A DNA stretch of 63,082 nt, counting the filler, from Octopus bimaculoides (taxonomy: Eukaryota): the NCBI RefSeq assembly GCF_001194135.2. It is 5 parts of 5 records of this genome, joined end to end, with 100 filler letters (N's around TTAATTAATTAA, not from the genome) between each part and the next. Parts side by side here need not be neighbours in the genome. Positions count along the whole stretch, not along the records: positions 1 to 30,400 come from NC_068995.1; positions 30,501 to 37,257 come from NW_026301803.1; positions 37,358 to 46,281 come from NC_068993.1; 2 more parts are not named here. One strand, written 5' to 3'. Below the pieces are notes generated by a model, which saw only the letters and a program-made list of their open reading frames with translations, was not told the DNA's origin and made no database searches. Numbering within the stretch: the first letter of the stretch is position 1; each line of letters starts with the position of its first letter. The position numbers and the translations under genes were made by a program. Below are positions 24,361-38,330 of this stretch, one piece after another.

Positions 24361-24540
24361 GAATACACACACACACACACACACATGCGCGTACATGCTT
24401 ATACACACATGTATATACATATAAACAAATATATATACATGTATACACACAAATGTANNNNNNNNNNNNNNNNNNNNNNNNNNNNNNNNNNNNNNNNNNN
24501 NNNNNNNNNNNNNNNNNNNNNNNNNNNNNNNNNNNNNNNN

Positions 24541-24585
<45 letters not shown>

Positions 24586-24597
24586 ATTCTATTTTAC

Positions 24598-25410
24598 TAT
24601 TATCAACATTTGTTGTTTCGTTAAATTATGCTACCCAAATCCCAAAAGAATATTTTTCTCCCTCATGTTCTGACCACTACCCCCTCTCTCTCTATCTCTG
24701 CCCCACTCTGTCTGTCTGTCTCTCTCTCTCTATTTCGATTACCACTCACTTCGCCAAGACTTCCTTCAGCACCACCATCACCCTATATAAACTAGCACAC
24801 GCACTCGGATTCCCCTACTTGATTTTAATACCTCTGCCGAAGAATACAAATCTCAGAAGATACTCAGATAGGAAATTTTGTCTTTTCAACCTCGTTCATC
24901 TACTCTTCTATTTCTGTGCAGATCATAAACCCCTTATTAGTTCTTTTCATTATTCTGTCTATTTCATTACCGTGTCATCATGTAAATATAGTTTCAATAG
25001 TTTCATCTTTCTCATTGTTGCCTTAAGATAACCTTAGTTCACACATTTCCTTAACCGCAACATATTCATTCATTCTATTAAAGTTTATCACACAGTCACT
25101 TATTTCTCTAATTTTGTCATAGATTGGCTGACCGACAAATCTCAGATTTTTCAATTCTAATCAACATTTGCTGTTTCATTAAATTATGCTTCCAAAATCC
25201 CAAAAGAATATTTTTCTCCCTCGTGTTCTGACCACTACTCCTCTCTCTCTCTCTCTTGACCTCACTTTGTCTGTCTCTCTTTCTCTCTTTCGATTACCAC
25301 ACGCTTCGCCAAAACTTCCTCCACCACCACCACCCTATATAAACCAGCGCACACACTTGGATTCCCCTACTCGAGTTTTTTAATAACTATGCCGAAAGAA
25401 TACATATCCA
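24598..25410. repeat. Two diverged ~250-bp direct repeats (24598-24850, 25157-25410) upstream of a near-full RTE
   Basis: Both carry cccaaaagaatatttttctccctc...(CT)n...ccctatataaa...ggattcccctact...gccgaa. Confidence 0.7.
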
Positions 25411-25679
25411 GATGCGCTCATCTAAATTTGTAGCTCGCAATACACCCGCCCTCTCACTCCCACAACCTGTACTGGAGGTTCCTATCCTCTGTCATCATTT
25501 CACTGTCTCCCATGAACACTTCTAAAGGCATTACAGCATCCTCACCCCTGCTTAGGGTTTATCTCCTATGTAAGGTAGTGTCATATAGTGCAAAAATATC
25601 ATGGTGTAGTGTATGCAGGGTGAATTGAAGGCTATTGTTTGTTTATGAATTCTGCCAAATGTGAGCTTTCTTTTCAGGT

Positions 25680-28463
25680 ACATAACGCGGCTGTCCCCTG
25701 TCAGAGGGTCTCACGGGCCCACACCTCCCACACCCTCAGGATTGTCACTCACAACGTCGGCACACTGAAAAGTAGGTCTGGTGAGATTGTTGAGATGCTT
25801 GAATAGAGATGTGGCGATATGTGCCGCCTCCAAGAAGTAAGGTGGAAAGACGGTTCCGCTAGGTTCCTCACAGGCAAAGAACACAGGTACAAGATTTTCT
25901 GGGCAGGGAACACTGACAGGGTCGGAGGTGTGGGTATACTTCTTGCAGAGAAATGGGTTAAGGTAATCGAGGTAGTCAGAGTATGCGAAAGAATACTTAA
26001 GATTAGATAAGTGCTCCATCATGGGTTGGCAACCATTATCTCGGCCTATGCCCTTCAGCTGGGGCTACCCAATGGACAGAAAGACCGATTTTATGACATC
26101 CTCTTGCAGACTACCTCATTCACGAATGACAGGGACCTTCTCTTTGTGGCTTGGTGACTTCAATGGACATGTTGGACAACATACAGGGGGCTTCCATGGT
26201 ATACATGGAGGCTACGGTTTTGATTCCTACAATGAGGAGGGAACCAGGCTGCTGGAGTTCTGCGATACAAATGATCTTATGATTTGCAACACTAACTTCA
26301 GGAAACCTGCTAGTCACCTACCGTTCTGGCAGACACACTACTCAAATTGACTACATCCTCGCCAGAAAAAGGAAAGATGGCTGCTTATAAATGCCAAAAC
26401 CTTCCCAGGCAAAGAATGTACCCCTCAACATAGATTAGGAGTTAGTGACTTCAAAATCAGGGCTAAATGGATGCCCAGCAGACGACCAGCATGAGGGAGA
26501 AGGGTGTGGAAGCTTAAAGATCCTGCAAATGGACAGAGATTTAGAGACGTATTATTTGAAACCTTTGATGAACTAGAAGGGGATATGGCATCACATGATG
26601 TGGAAGACAACTGGAGGTTTCTATGGGATAACCTGCTGAGGGCCACTGACTAGATCTGTGGATGGTGCAAAGTCCCCTCTCGACCCAAGGTAACGTGGTG
26701 GTGGAACAATGTGGTTGACGGGGCTATTAGAGAAAATAACAGGCTTGGAAGGCCTGGAAGAACAGTAGTAGCAGGGAATTGTATCAGACTGCCAGAAGGA
26801 AAGCTAGGAGACAGGTTTATTTAGCTAGAAGGGAAACAGATAAGAAGAGATTTGCCAATGTTCTGTGCCGTGAGGACCAAAGACTTGAGGTATTTCGTGT
26901 TGCATGGAAGTGTGTGAGTTGGTGGCGAGTTAGCAGAAACGTTAGCACACCGGGCGAAATGCTTAGCGGGATTTCGTCTGTCTTTACGTTCTGAGTTCAA
27001 ATTCCGCCGAGGTCGACTTTGCCTTTCATCCTTTCGGGGTCGATGAAGTAAGTACCAGTGAAACACTGGGGTCACTGTGATCGACTTAATCCGTTTGTCT
27101 GTCCTTGTTTGTCCCCTCTGTGTTTAGCCCCTTATGGGCAATAAAGAATTAAGACAGTGTGTGAGAGAGAATCGTGATGTCGTAGGAGAGAAATGTGTCT
27201 GCATGGATGCTGGTTCACTTGCACTAAATGAGGCTGCAAAGAGAGCGGTTTGGAGACACCAATATGAAAGGTTGCTCAATAAAGAAAATGAATGGGAGAA
27301 AGAGAGTCTGCCGAATATCGACCTAACAGAGGGACCAGCTATCCGAGTTGACAGTACCTTGGTAGATAAAGCAATTAAGAGTATGAAGACAGGGAAAGCC
27401 CCTGGCCCATCAGGAATCACTGCAGAGATGCTCAAAATATCTGGCAGTGTCGGCTATAGCCTAGTCACTCGTAGAGTTAACCAGGTGATACACAAAGGAG
27501 TCATACGCAATGAGGAAACTAGGATAGATGAATGGTTAGTCAGAGCTGTGCAAGACATGTACAGCGACGCTGTCAGTACGGTGAGGGTTGGCAACAAGTA
27601 CAGTGAAGAATTCCAGGTAGAGGTAGGGGTCCACCAAGGTTCAGTCCTCAGCCTCATCCTGTTTATCATAGTCCTCCAGGCAGTAACAGAGGAATTCAAA
27701 ACAGGATGCCCCTAGGAGCTCCTCTATACTGATGACCTTGCTCTAATTGTTAAGTTATTATCAGAACTAGAGAAGTTTCAGGTGTGGAAGCAAGGATGAG
27801 GTGGTGAAACACAACCTTCAAGCATTAGGCCTCACCGAAGCAATGACTAGTGACCGAGACCTTTGGAAATATGCCGTGTATGAGAAGACCCGTGGCTTAT
27901 GCCATGGGGTGTAAACAGCCCACTTATGCGTACCTTTCCTTCACTGGACACTAAACTCTGCTTGCAAAGACTAGTTGAGGCAAGTCAAATTGAAATCAAA
28001 TCAAATTTGCTGACTAGCACCCGTGCCTGTGGAACGCTAGGAGCACCATCCGAGCGTGATCGCTCTCAGAGCAGCTGACTGGCTTCCGTGCTGGTGGGAC
28101 ATAAAAAGCACCATTCGAGTGTGATCGTTACCAGCGTCGCCTTACTGGCACATGAAAAAACATTCGAGCAAGGTCATTGCCAGTACCGCTGGACGGGCTC
28201 CTGTGCAGGTGGCATGTAAATAACACTACATGAGCGTGGCCGCTGCCAGTATCGCCTGACTAGCCCTCGTGCCAGTGGCACGTAAAAGCACCCATTACAT
28301 TCTCGGAGTGGTTGATGTTAGGAAGGGCATCCAGCTGTAGAAACGCTGCCAGATCACATTGGAGCCTGGTGCAGCCATCTGGTTCGCCAGTCCTCAGTCA
28401 AATTGTCCAACCCATGCTAGCATGGAAAGCGGACGTTAAACGATGATCATGATGATGATGATG
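25680..28463 (+). mobile_element. Near-full-length but disrupted RTE LINE (APE endonuclease, RT with deletions, 3' UTR, (GAT)n tail)
   Basis: NVGTL..LQEVRWK...GVGIL; GDFNGHVG...N.EGTRLLEFC..NDL; KTGKAPGPSGITAEMLK; GVHQGSVLS..LF; LYTDDL. Contains stops, frameshifts and a SINE insertion. Confidence 0.92.
26919..27150 (+). mobile_element. tRNA-derived SINE inserted in the RTE ORF
   Basis: ggcgagttagcagaaacgttagcac...ttctgagttcaaattccgccgaggtcgac. TSD AGTGTGTGAG at 26909-26918 and 27156-27165. Confidence 0.85.
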
Positions 28464-28482
28464 ATTTATATATATATATATA

Positions 28483-29645
28483 TTTCGTTTTGGGATTTAC
28501 TTTACAGCAGATATGTAGATGACATTAATATCATAGTTAGGACCAACTCTAGTGACGGTCGTGTAGAAACCGAAAGGAACGTAATGGAGAGCATCCAGCA
28601 AATNNNNNNNNNNNNNNNNNNNNNNNNNNNNNNNNNNNNNNNNNNNNNNNNNNNNNNNNNNNNNNNNNNNNNNNNNNNNNNNNNNNNNNNNNNNNNNNNN
28701 NNNNNNNNNNNNNNNNNNNNNNNNNNNNNNNNNNNNNNNNNNNNNNNNNNNNNNNNNNNNNNNNNNNNNNNNNNNNNNNNNNNNNNNNNNNNNNNNNNAT
28801 GTTGTTCACAAGAACTCAGCTTTGTCACACAGCATGAAAATTAACATACTGATAGCAGACTTAGTTAGGATAATGAACAACATCTCCCCACTATGCGAAC
28901 CCTATGAAACGAAAAAAACATATACAGAACTTCATGCACCGCATGCAGTTCTCTGGACATGATCAGAAAGATAGGATTCGAGTATACAGGGGAGCTAGAA
29001 AGAGGTTAGATAATATTATACGTAATGATACCAGTGGTACCTGCCCTAGATATAGAAACAAAGAATGGAATAGGATACAAAGAATTTGTGACAAAGCCAA
29101 CAGGGCGAATACGTGGTATAAAACAGACAGATATCAAGGAGTGATGTTCATAGAGGCCACAGCCCATGGAGAACTAGCGCGTAGGTTTAGAAAAGTTCTG
29201 AAGGAGTCCAAACTCAACATTAAGATTGTTGAAAAGCCAGGGAACTCCATCAGATCACAACTATGTAGGACGTACCCCTTTGAGAATAACATATGTACCA
29301 ATGATAACTGCATGGTATGTAGGATTAGCCCTGGCATTAACTGCAGAAATAGAAATGTAGTTTACAGCATAAAATGCATGGAAGGTGCTTGTAAAGACCT
29401 GAATATGACATACATAGGGGAAACATCTAGGAGCATTGCGGAATGACTAAACGAAGATCTGAGACAATATGACGACAAAAAACAGTCCTCCATACTCTAC
29501 CAACCTGCCAAAGACCAGCATGGAGGTAACTTGGGTCAACTTGACATCCGCATCTTATCCAAACACCCAAAAGACCCAACTCTAAGACAAATACGGGAGT
29601 ACGTCCTTATAAATGAAACTTCCCCAATACTAAATAGGAAATATA
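28483..29645 (+). mobile_element. Second, divergent Penelope-like element (5'-truncated RT end, Cys-rich linker, GIY-YIG)
   Basis: LLYSRYVDDINIIV; CTNDNCMVCRISPGINC; NVVYSIKCMEGAC...TYIGETSRSIAE*. TA-rich flanks. Confidence 0.75.
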
Positions 29646-29957
29646 TATAGATATCATACCCCTATACCCACATTTTACACAGGTACAGTAGAACAGTTAA
29701 TGGGCTTTTATGCAGATAGATGTATGTATGTCTCTGTGTGTGTGGGTGTGTGTGTGTGTGTGCATGCACATGTATGTAAACAAACAGGTCTACATACAGA
29801 CGGGTAGGTACATAGGGTATATGAACAGACAACCACATACGCAAATAGAGACTGAAACACATGACCACATATACACACACACTTTACTTCACACGAAGAC
29901 ACATGTCCACACATATGGAGATTCGCACCCATACATACAAACATGGTACATAGCAGC

Positions 29958-30000
<43 letters not shown>

Positions 30001-31705
30001 ACGCACACACAGACACTTAGACGTGCACACACAAGGAGACAGAGATACATACATACATATACACACATGCACACACATACATAAAAAACACACAAACACA
30101 GGAATATGCAGAATACATACATACATACATGCAAACGCACACGCATGCATACATATATGCATACACACACATACATATGCACACACACACACACACACAC
30201 ACATGCATACATACACACATACTGAGACACACACATGCGTAAAAACAAACAAAAGCAAAAAAGAACACAGCGTAAATAACGGACAGTCAAAACGCAACGA
30301 AAATTTTAGGAAAATAAAAAGAAAGATAAGTGGAAATTTTACCGGTGAGTGTGTTAAATTTTAAGGCATAATAAGAAAATGACTCTCCCCAGACACAACA
30401 NNNNNNNNNNNNNNNNNNNNNNNNNNNNNNNNNNNNNNNNNNNNTTAATTAATTAANNNNNNNNNNNNNNNNNNNNNNNNNNNNNNNNNNNNNNNNNNNN
30501 CTCGTGAAAGTTTCATTAAAAGGTGGGTGAATGTAGCAAAGATGGTGCGTGCGAGTGACGATACCTCTTTGAGCATGATCCTATAAATCGAGAAAAATAA
30601 AAAAGAGAGAGAGAGAGAGAGAGAGAGCACTTTGCTCTCATGTGTCTATTCCCTACTGAGGTTACCATGGTCTTTTCCGTAGGCATTTCTCTCCATGGAT
30701 AAACCTAATGTTACCCCATTTTACACTACTGACATTTTCTGTGATATACGATACCTTTTTTTTTTGCCCCTACCGATCCCTTTTGATCGGATTTTTTAAT
30801 TTTATTTTACCTTTTTTTTTATTTTTAAAGAAAAGCTCTACAGTTGTATTTGTCCCCTCTGTGTGCAGCCCTGTGTGGCTAATAAAACAAAGATATCTAT
30901 CTATCTATCTATCTATACATACATATATACATACATACATACATACATACATCTCGTGATTTCGGCCTTTCTTAGCCTTTTCAATGGTAGTCGCCTGACC
31001 GTCGACTGATTTCTTAGCGATACACATAGGCGTTGATGTTGCAAGTAGCTAGTGGACTTAAAGAAAGCATGGCCACAGCCTTAGGGCTGAAACCTATAAA
31101 AGAATAAACAAATTAGCGACAGAAGCAATATTAAATCCAAAAGGTAATATTTATCAACCAAATACCCACGTGTCCATTTATGTGTGCACGTGTCCATGCA
31201 CGTATATACATCATGAGAGTTAAGATAGACCGATGATGATGATTAGCATCACTTAATATGTAGAACAAACTCTGAAAAAGTAATTGATATAAACATAGGT
31301 AGAGAGGACAGACGTAGCACTTTTGAATTATTGATAACAGATGTATTGATTAGTTGCTAAATGTAAAAAATAAATAAATAAAACATAACCATGCGATAGT
31401 AATAGTAAGAACGAAACGTGTCTATATTTGAATACTTGAAAAAAAAAAATTCCTTATTTCGAAACGACACAATAGCATAGATAGATGGTTAGGTGCATTA
31501 ATTTCGTTTAGGTAGGTAGATGCAGGAAAATATGTCAAATGATTTCAAATCTTTTATTTTCGTGTTTAGTGTTTGAGTGGATTATATAGGGATTAGCATT
31601 AAACAGAAAATATTGTAGAAAATACAAACCGAATTGTCCACATTAACGTCATACATATCTTTTTCTGTCTGTCTCTCTCTTTCTCTGTTTCTCTCTGTCT
31701 ATTTT

Positions 31706-31762
<57 letters not shown>

Positions 31763-31839
31763 ATCTTTCTATCTATCTATCTATCTATCTATCTACCCTC
31801 TCTCTCTCTCTCTCTATATATNNNNNNNNNNNNNNNNNN

Positions 31840-31882
<43 letters not shown>

Positions 31883-33915
31883 AGAAATAGATTAAGAAAA
31901 TGGTTTATCTTTAGCAAATATCTGTCAGTAAATATAAATAGTGACTGTGTGATCAGTAATTTGTTTCTCAACAATATAATTCTGGGTTCGTCCCACTACG
32001 TAGCACCTTAGGTAAGTATCTTCTACTATAGCCCTCCTAATAGTAGAAGCCACTTGCGAGTGGCTTTCGAAGCGTTGTGAGAGAATTTCGTAGACGGAAA
32101 GTACGAAATCACTATCTTCGATTGGTACTTAATTTTATCAACCCTAAAAGGATGTTAACTAGAGTTGTCCTCGGTGGAGTTTGAACACAGAATGCAGAGA
32201 GCCGCCGAAAATATCGCAAATTAAATATTTCTCCCCTCAAACGACCCTGCCATTTCACCTCCTAAAAGCATCTTATATAATATGTTTCTTTTCCTAAAAA
32301 TAAGTCATGATTTAAGGGATATTGAGTTGCTATATTTAGCAAGTGGATAAAACACGTAGAAATACTTTCACTGGATAGAAAACTCGGTAAATTCGTAAGT
32401 TTTAATTCCTGATTGAAATTATTTTGTTTTAGAAATCAGTCTACAAATTTGGCGAGGGAGAATGAATCGCTGAATGGATTCCAGTACTCGGCAGGTAATT
32501 TATTTAAGGCATCATGAAAGAATGGAAAGTAAAATTGAGCTCCGCGGGATTTGAGCTCTGAATGTACAGAGAACTTAGCACTGACAACAATAATTTTGCA
32601 AAAGATTTATCGCCAATATACAAATAGTCTTCGGCAGGCGTTTCATCATACACCAATACCGCAAACTGTAATGAAAAAAATATTTAGATTGTCATTTTTG
32701 CAATTTATTTAACAGTTTATCATTTTCAGTCCAGCCTAACAGTTTTCGAGTCACTAAGAATTCATTACAACACAAAATAAATAAATAAATGAAATGCTAC
32801 TCGAAGCTTTCATTTTCCTTGTAATTTTCTCTCTGTTTATGCTACCTTCCTTTATTACAGTTTCAACTACCATCGTTTTAATGTTTCACTTACTTTTCTT
32901 TTGAGTTTTCTAAGATTAATTTGCGAAAAGTGGGAGAAAAAAAAAGAAGTAAAACAAGAAAATTTAGAACAAACAGTAAGGAGTTGATACAGTAAATGTA
33001 TCAATGTAAATCATTTGTATTTCTTTTTTAACATTCTGATATATTATATATATTATTAATGGAAGGAAAAAGCACCCTAGAATATGAACTATGCTCCGAG
33101 CGAACACAAGTCCGCAATTTCGCTTCACTTTCCCCGATAGTACCGCTGGAAAAGGTATATATGTCACAACTTCCTTCTTTTTCTACATCAAGAAAACTGT
33201 AGCCTTGTGTTTAGTCAAGAAGAAATCAGTATTATTGATGAAAAGAAAAGATTAAAAGAAACAATAAGAAGCTATTGTAAATAGTGCAACATTTGCCGAC
33301 GCGTAGGAATACTGATTACGTCAAGATTCATAGAGAAGGAAATGAATCATGAGGCAGGCTGTTGAAGAAGGGAGAGTAATTTCCGGTATTTTCAATTCAC
33401 TTACAGCTCTGCTCGTGAAAACGGCACTCTGCATTGAATTGTCCTTTTTCATGAAATCAAAACTCTTCTATGTAACTTCTGTCGTGCTTTTTTTTCTCTC
33501 TCTCATCCATTTCAATAGCATCTCAGTTTAAACGTCATGTGCTTAAAAACACGATTATTGTAAGTTTCTGCGTGTATAGCTGTTGCACACTGATACATCG
33601 TCTTTTCTGTGTGTTTCTGTTGGCAGAACAACTTTTCTTATTGCCTTTTTCTATGCTTAATGTTCATGCGCATACAATTTCTATTTCTTCTGCGATAATT
33701 TCCTTTCTTTCTTTCCTGCTTCTAACTCCTATTTCTCTCTTTCGAATCACAGTCTTTGTTTTTCTATCGTTCTACGCCTCTTTCTCCCTCACTCTCTCTC
33801 TTCCTTCCCCCTCCTTTTCTGTACACACGCACACACAAAGACACACATAAATATATACAAACATACATACATACATACATACTTATATGCATACATACAT
33901 ACATACGTACATACG

Positions 33916-33947
<32 letters not shown>

Positions 33948-33981
33948 CATGTATATATATATACATATATAGGAAGGGACT

Positions 33982-34024
<43 letters not shown>

Positions 34025-34824
34025 NNNNNNNNNNNNNNNNNNNNNNNNNNNNNNNNNNNNNNNNNNNNNNNNNNNNNNNNNNNNNNNNNNNNNNNNNNNN
34101 NNNNNNNNNNNNNNNNNNNNNNNNNNNNNNNNNNNNNNNNNNNNNNNNNNNNNNNNNNNNNNNNNNNNNNNNNNNNNNNNNNNNNNNNNNNNNNNNNNNN
34201 NNNNNNNNNNNNNNNNNNNNNNNNNNNNNNNNNNNNNNNNNNNNNNNNNNNNNNNNNNNNNNNNNNNNNNNNNNNNNNNNNNNNNNNNNNNNNNNNNNNN
34301 NNNNNNNNNNNNNNNNNNNNNNNNNNNNNNNNNNNNNNNNNNNNNNNNNNNNNNNNNNNNNNNNNNNNNNNNNNNNNNNNNNNNNNNNNNNNNNNNNNNN
34401 NNNNNNNNNNNNNNNNNNNNNNNNNNNNNNNNNNNNNNNNNNNNNNNNNNNNNNNNNNNNNNNNNNNNNNNNNNNNNNNNNNNNNNNNNNNNNNNNNNNN
34501 NNNNNNNNNNNNNNNNNNNNNNNNNNNNNNNNNNNNNNNNNNNNNNNNNNNNNNNNNNNNNNNNNNNNNNNNNNNNNNNNNNNNNNNNNNNNNNNNNNNN
34601 NNNNNNNNNNNNNNNNNNNNNNNNNNNNNNNNNNNNNNNNNNNNNNNNNNNNNNNNNNNNNNNAAAACGTGGGTAGCTGATGAAGTAGAATGTTCTCTAT
34701 GTGGCTCGTGTGTTCTCGTCTACGTTTGTTTGCAATGTCCTGTACCCAGATATGCACCTATACATACAGGTGGATGTCGGTATGCACATACCTGTACGTA
34801 TATATGCATATACTCATTACTTTT

Positions 34825-34863
<39 letters not shown>

Positions 34864-35755
34864 TATATATACATACATACGTATACATACATATGTACAT
34901 CCAGGTATGTCTGTACATAGAGAAAGAGAGATAGCTGGGTAAGAAGAGGTAGACATATCGAAAGTATATTGTCACTCATACATTTCAATAGACACACTCA
35001 CACACACACACACACATACATACACACATACGCGTAATATATTCTTCATTATATCATTACCAAAGCAAACAAGAGATAGAGGAAGGAGGAGGAAGAGAGA
35101 GAGGAGGAGGAGGAAGAGTGAGAAGGGAATAAGGAATGAGAGAGTGGTGGAGGAGGTGGAATGGAATGAGGAAAAGGAGAGTGAGAGAGAGAGAGAGAGA
35201 GAAAAGGGGGTAAGAGGGCTTGGTGAGAAAGACGAATTAATGAAATAAAAGTTAGATTAATTAAATGAAAAGTACAAAAAATAAAACAATGGAAAAAGAA
35301 AGACAAACAACAACTACTAAATGTTAGTAACCCCGAAATAAAAAAAAAGAATAAATTTGAAGAAGTCAAAACAAAACAAGAACAAAAATACAAAAACAAA
35401 TTAGAATGAGTAAAAGAAATTATATTTTGAAATAGAGTAGAAATAGGCATTTAACACTTTACTGATTTCTCTTGAAGTGTTATAAATGGAATCAAATTAT
35501 GACTTTTCAAATCAGATTATTTTCTTAACACACCTGTCATTCTGATAATTCAATACCGGAGCTTTTCTATAAATTTCTATGAATTCTGTGACGCACATTC
35601 TAAGTATTTTCTTCGCGAGAACGAAATAAATAAACATGCATACATACATATATGCATTCATGCAAGCATAAATACATACATGCATACATACATACATGTA
35701 TACATTCGAACGTACATAAATGCATACATGCATATTATAAACATAATATATATTC

Positions 35756-35790
<35 letters not shown>

Positions 35791-36377
35791 TGTATGTATG
35801 TATGTATATATGTATGTATATATATATATATATATATATANNNNNNNNNNNNNNNNNNNNNNNNNNNNNNNNNNNNNNNNNNNNNNNNNNNNNNNNNNNN
35901 NNNNNNNNNNNNNNNNNNNNNNNNNNNNNNNNNNNNNNNNNNNNNNNNNNNNNNNNNNNNNNNNNNNNNNNNNNNNNNNNNNNNNNNNNNNNNNNNNNNN
36001 NNNNNNNNNNNNNNNNNNNNNNNNNNNNNNNNNNNNNNNNNNNNNNNNNNNNNNNNNNNNNNNNNNNNNNNNNNNNNNNNNNNNNNNNNNNNNNNNNNNN
36101 NNNNNNNNNNNNNNNNNNNNNNNNNNNNNNNNNNNNNNNNNNNNNNNNNNNNNNNNNNNNNNNNNNNNNNNNNNNNNNNNNNNNNNNNNNNNNNNNNNNN
36201 NNNNNNNNNNNNNNNNNNNNNNNNNNNNNNNNNNNNNNNNNNNNNNNNNNNNNNNNNNNNNNNNNNNNNNNNNNNNNNNNNNNNNNNNNNNNNNAAATGA
36301 TGCAAAAAGCCTCAGTAAAATGAAGAACGAAAACAAAAACTAAATTGAGTAGTTAAAATAATAACGATGTTGATGAC

Positions 36378-36432
<55 letters not shown>

Positions 36433-38049
36433 TTATCAATAATAATAAAAAATATTAAAAATGTGGGTTTTATAAAAACCCTATTTTTAGAAACTTTTTT
36501 TTATGTATTTTCTTTAAAAAATCCTGTCAAAGCTACATCAAGCATTTGATGTATGCATAGCATACATACACACACATACATAAATGCATAGAAACACGCA
36601 GACATACATTCACATGTATATATTGATAGATTTGTACATACACATACAAAAGTATATACGCACACACTCACGAACACTCAAATACATGTACGTATATATA
36701 CATACACATACACACACACATATATATATATATATATGTATGTACGTGTGTGTGTATGTGAGTGAATATATATATATATATGTATGTATATACCTATGTT
36801 GGAAATAAAAGTATGCAGTTAACATATGCGTTTTACTCCATTTANNNNNNNNNNTATATATATGCATGTATGTATGTATGTATGTTTATGTATAATTTCT
36901 GTTCCCATACCTACCTTTCTCTGTCAGTCTGTCTACTTGTTTGTCACTCTCTCGCTCAGTCACTCTCCCATTATCTATATATATATTCATCTATTCTTCA
37001 AGTTCTTCTTCCATTATATACTTATTATTTGCAAGTTTAACTAAAATTTTCCCATAAGAAGAAATGGCGTGACTCCGTGTGTTTGTCCCGTATTGCTAAT
37101 GTGTGCTGTGTGCTATGTTTAGTTGTGTATGACTGCACATTTACGCACGCGTTTAGGTAAGCATTAGGTAGCTTTGTGCATGTGAAGATTATTTGAACTA
37201 ATTCACATAAAATACATCAATTATATGTATGTGTGTATGGATATATATATATATATANNNNNNNNNNNNNNNNNNNNNNNNNNNNNNNNNNNNNNNNNNN
37301 NTTAATTAATTAANNNNNNNNNNNNNNNNNNNNNNNNNNNNNNNNNNNNNNNNNNNNATATATATATATATATATATATACACGTATGTATATGTATATA
37401 CATACACGTACACACACATATCACAAGGAATTATTTGAGATAAACAATACAAGTTAAATGAAAGACACACACACACACACATATGTGTGTGTGTATGTAA
37501 TATACATATATTTTTGCACATGGATATATTTATATCTATATATACATGTACATATATATACATATACATGAAATATATATAGTTTATATGTGTATGCATA
37601 TACACATGTATATGTAATATATATACAAGCTTGTATGTGTGTGTGTGCATGCGTGTGTATGTGTGTATATGTGAGTTTGTGTGTGAGCGTGTTCCTTTCT
37701 GGATACGTGTATACATATAATGATATAGTCCGTTGGCAACAATACATCGTAATTTTACGTCTCTTGCTCGGCTTCTTCCTCGACCTCACCCCTCCCTCTA
37801 TGTATTGAATACATACATACATACACACACTTATACATACATACATACACACACTTATACATACATACGTACATACATACATACATATATACATGCATAC
37901 ATGCATACATATATACATACACACGTACACATATATATGCATACACATATACATACATATATACATACGTACATACATACATATTTGCATGCATATCGCG
38001 GTATCAACTAGACCATCGGATATTGTTATACACCGCTAGTCACAATGTG

Positions 38050-38330
38050 CTTCCAATACCGTCTTGATTGCACCGTTCTTTTTCATCTTGACGCAAATTG
38101 TTTAACTAAATCTTCTTCCCATTGTTGTGGAGACCTCTGAATCGACCTTTTCCGATCTCTTGGATATCATTCAGCAAATGTGCGGATCCACTTGCAGTCT
38201 GTAAACCTACACGACATGTCTGGCCGAGCGGAGCTCGTACTTTCATATCGTTGACTCCGCTCCGTTCTTGAATTACATAATTTCGAATATGCTCTAGTAA
38301 TGATAATCCTAGCCTGGCGCTTTCCATAAC
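38050..38330 (-). pseudogene. RTE C-terminal relic
   Basis: PRDRKRSIQRSPQQWEEDLVKQF...VQSRRYWK resembles the RTE terminal motif PRxGKRxRGRPxxRWxDDL...AQDRxxW. Confidence 0.45.

Noticed and set aside
30446-30456. TTAATTAATTAA embedded in N runs (also ~37302, ~46327, ~53062)
   Set aside because: Scaffolding linker with stops in all frames, not biology. Contiguity across these points is uncertain.
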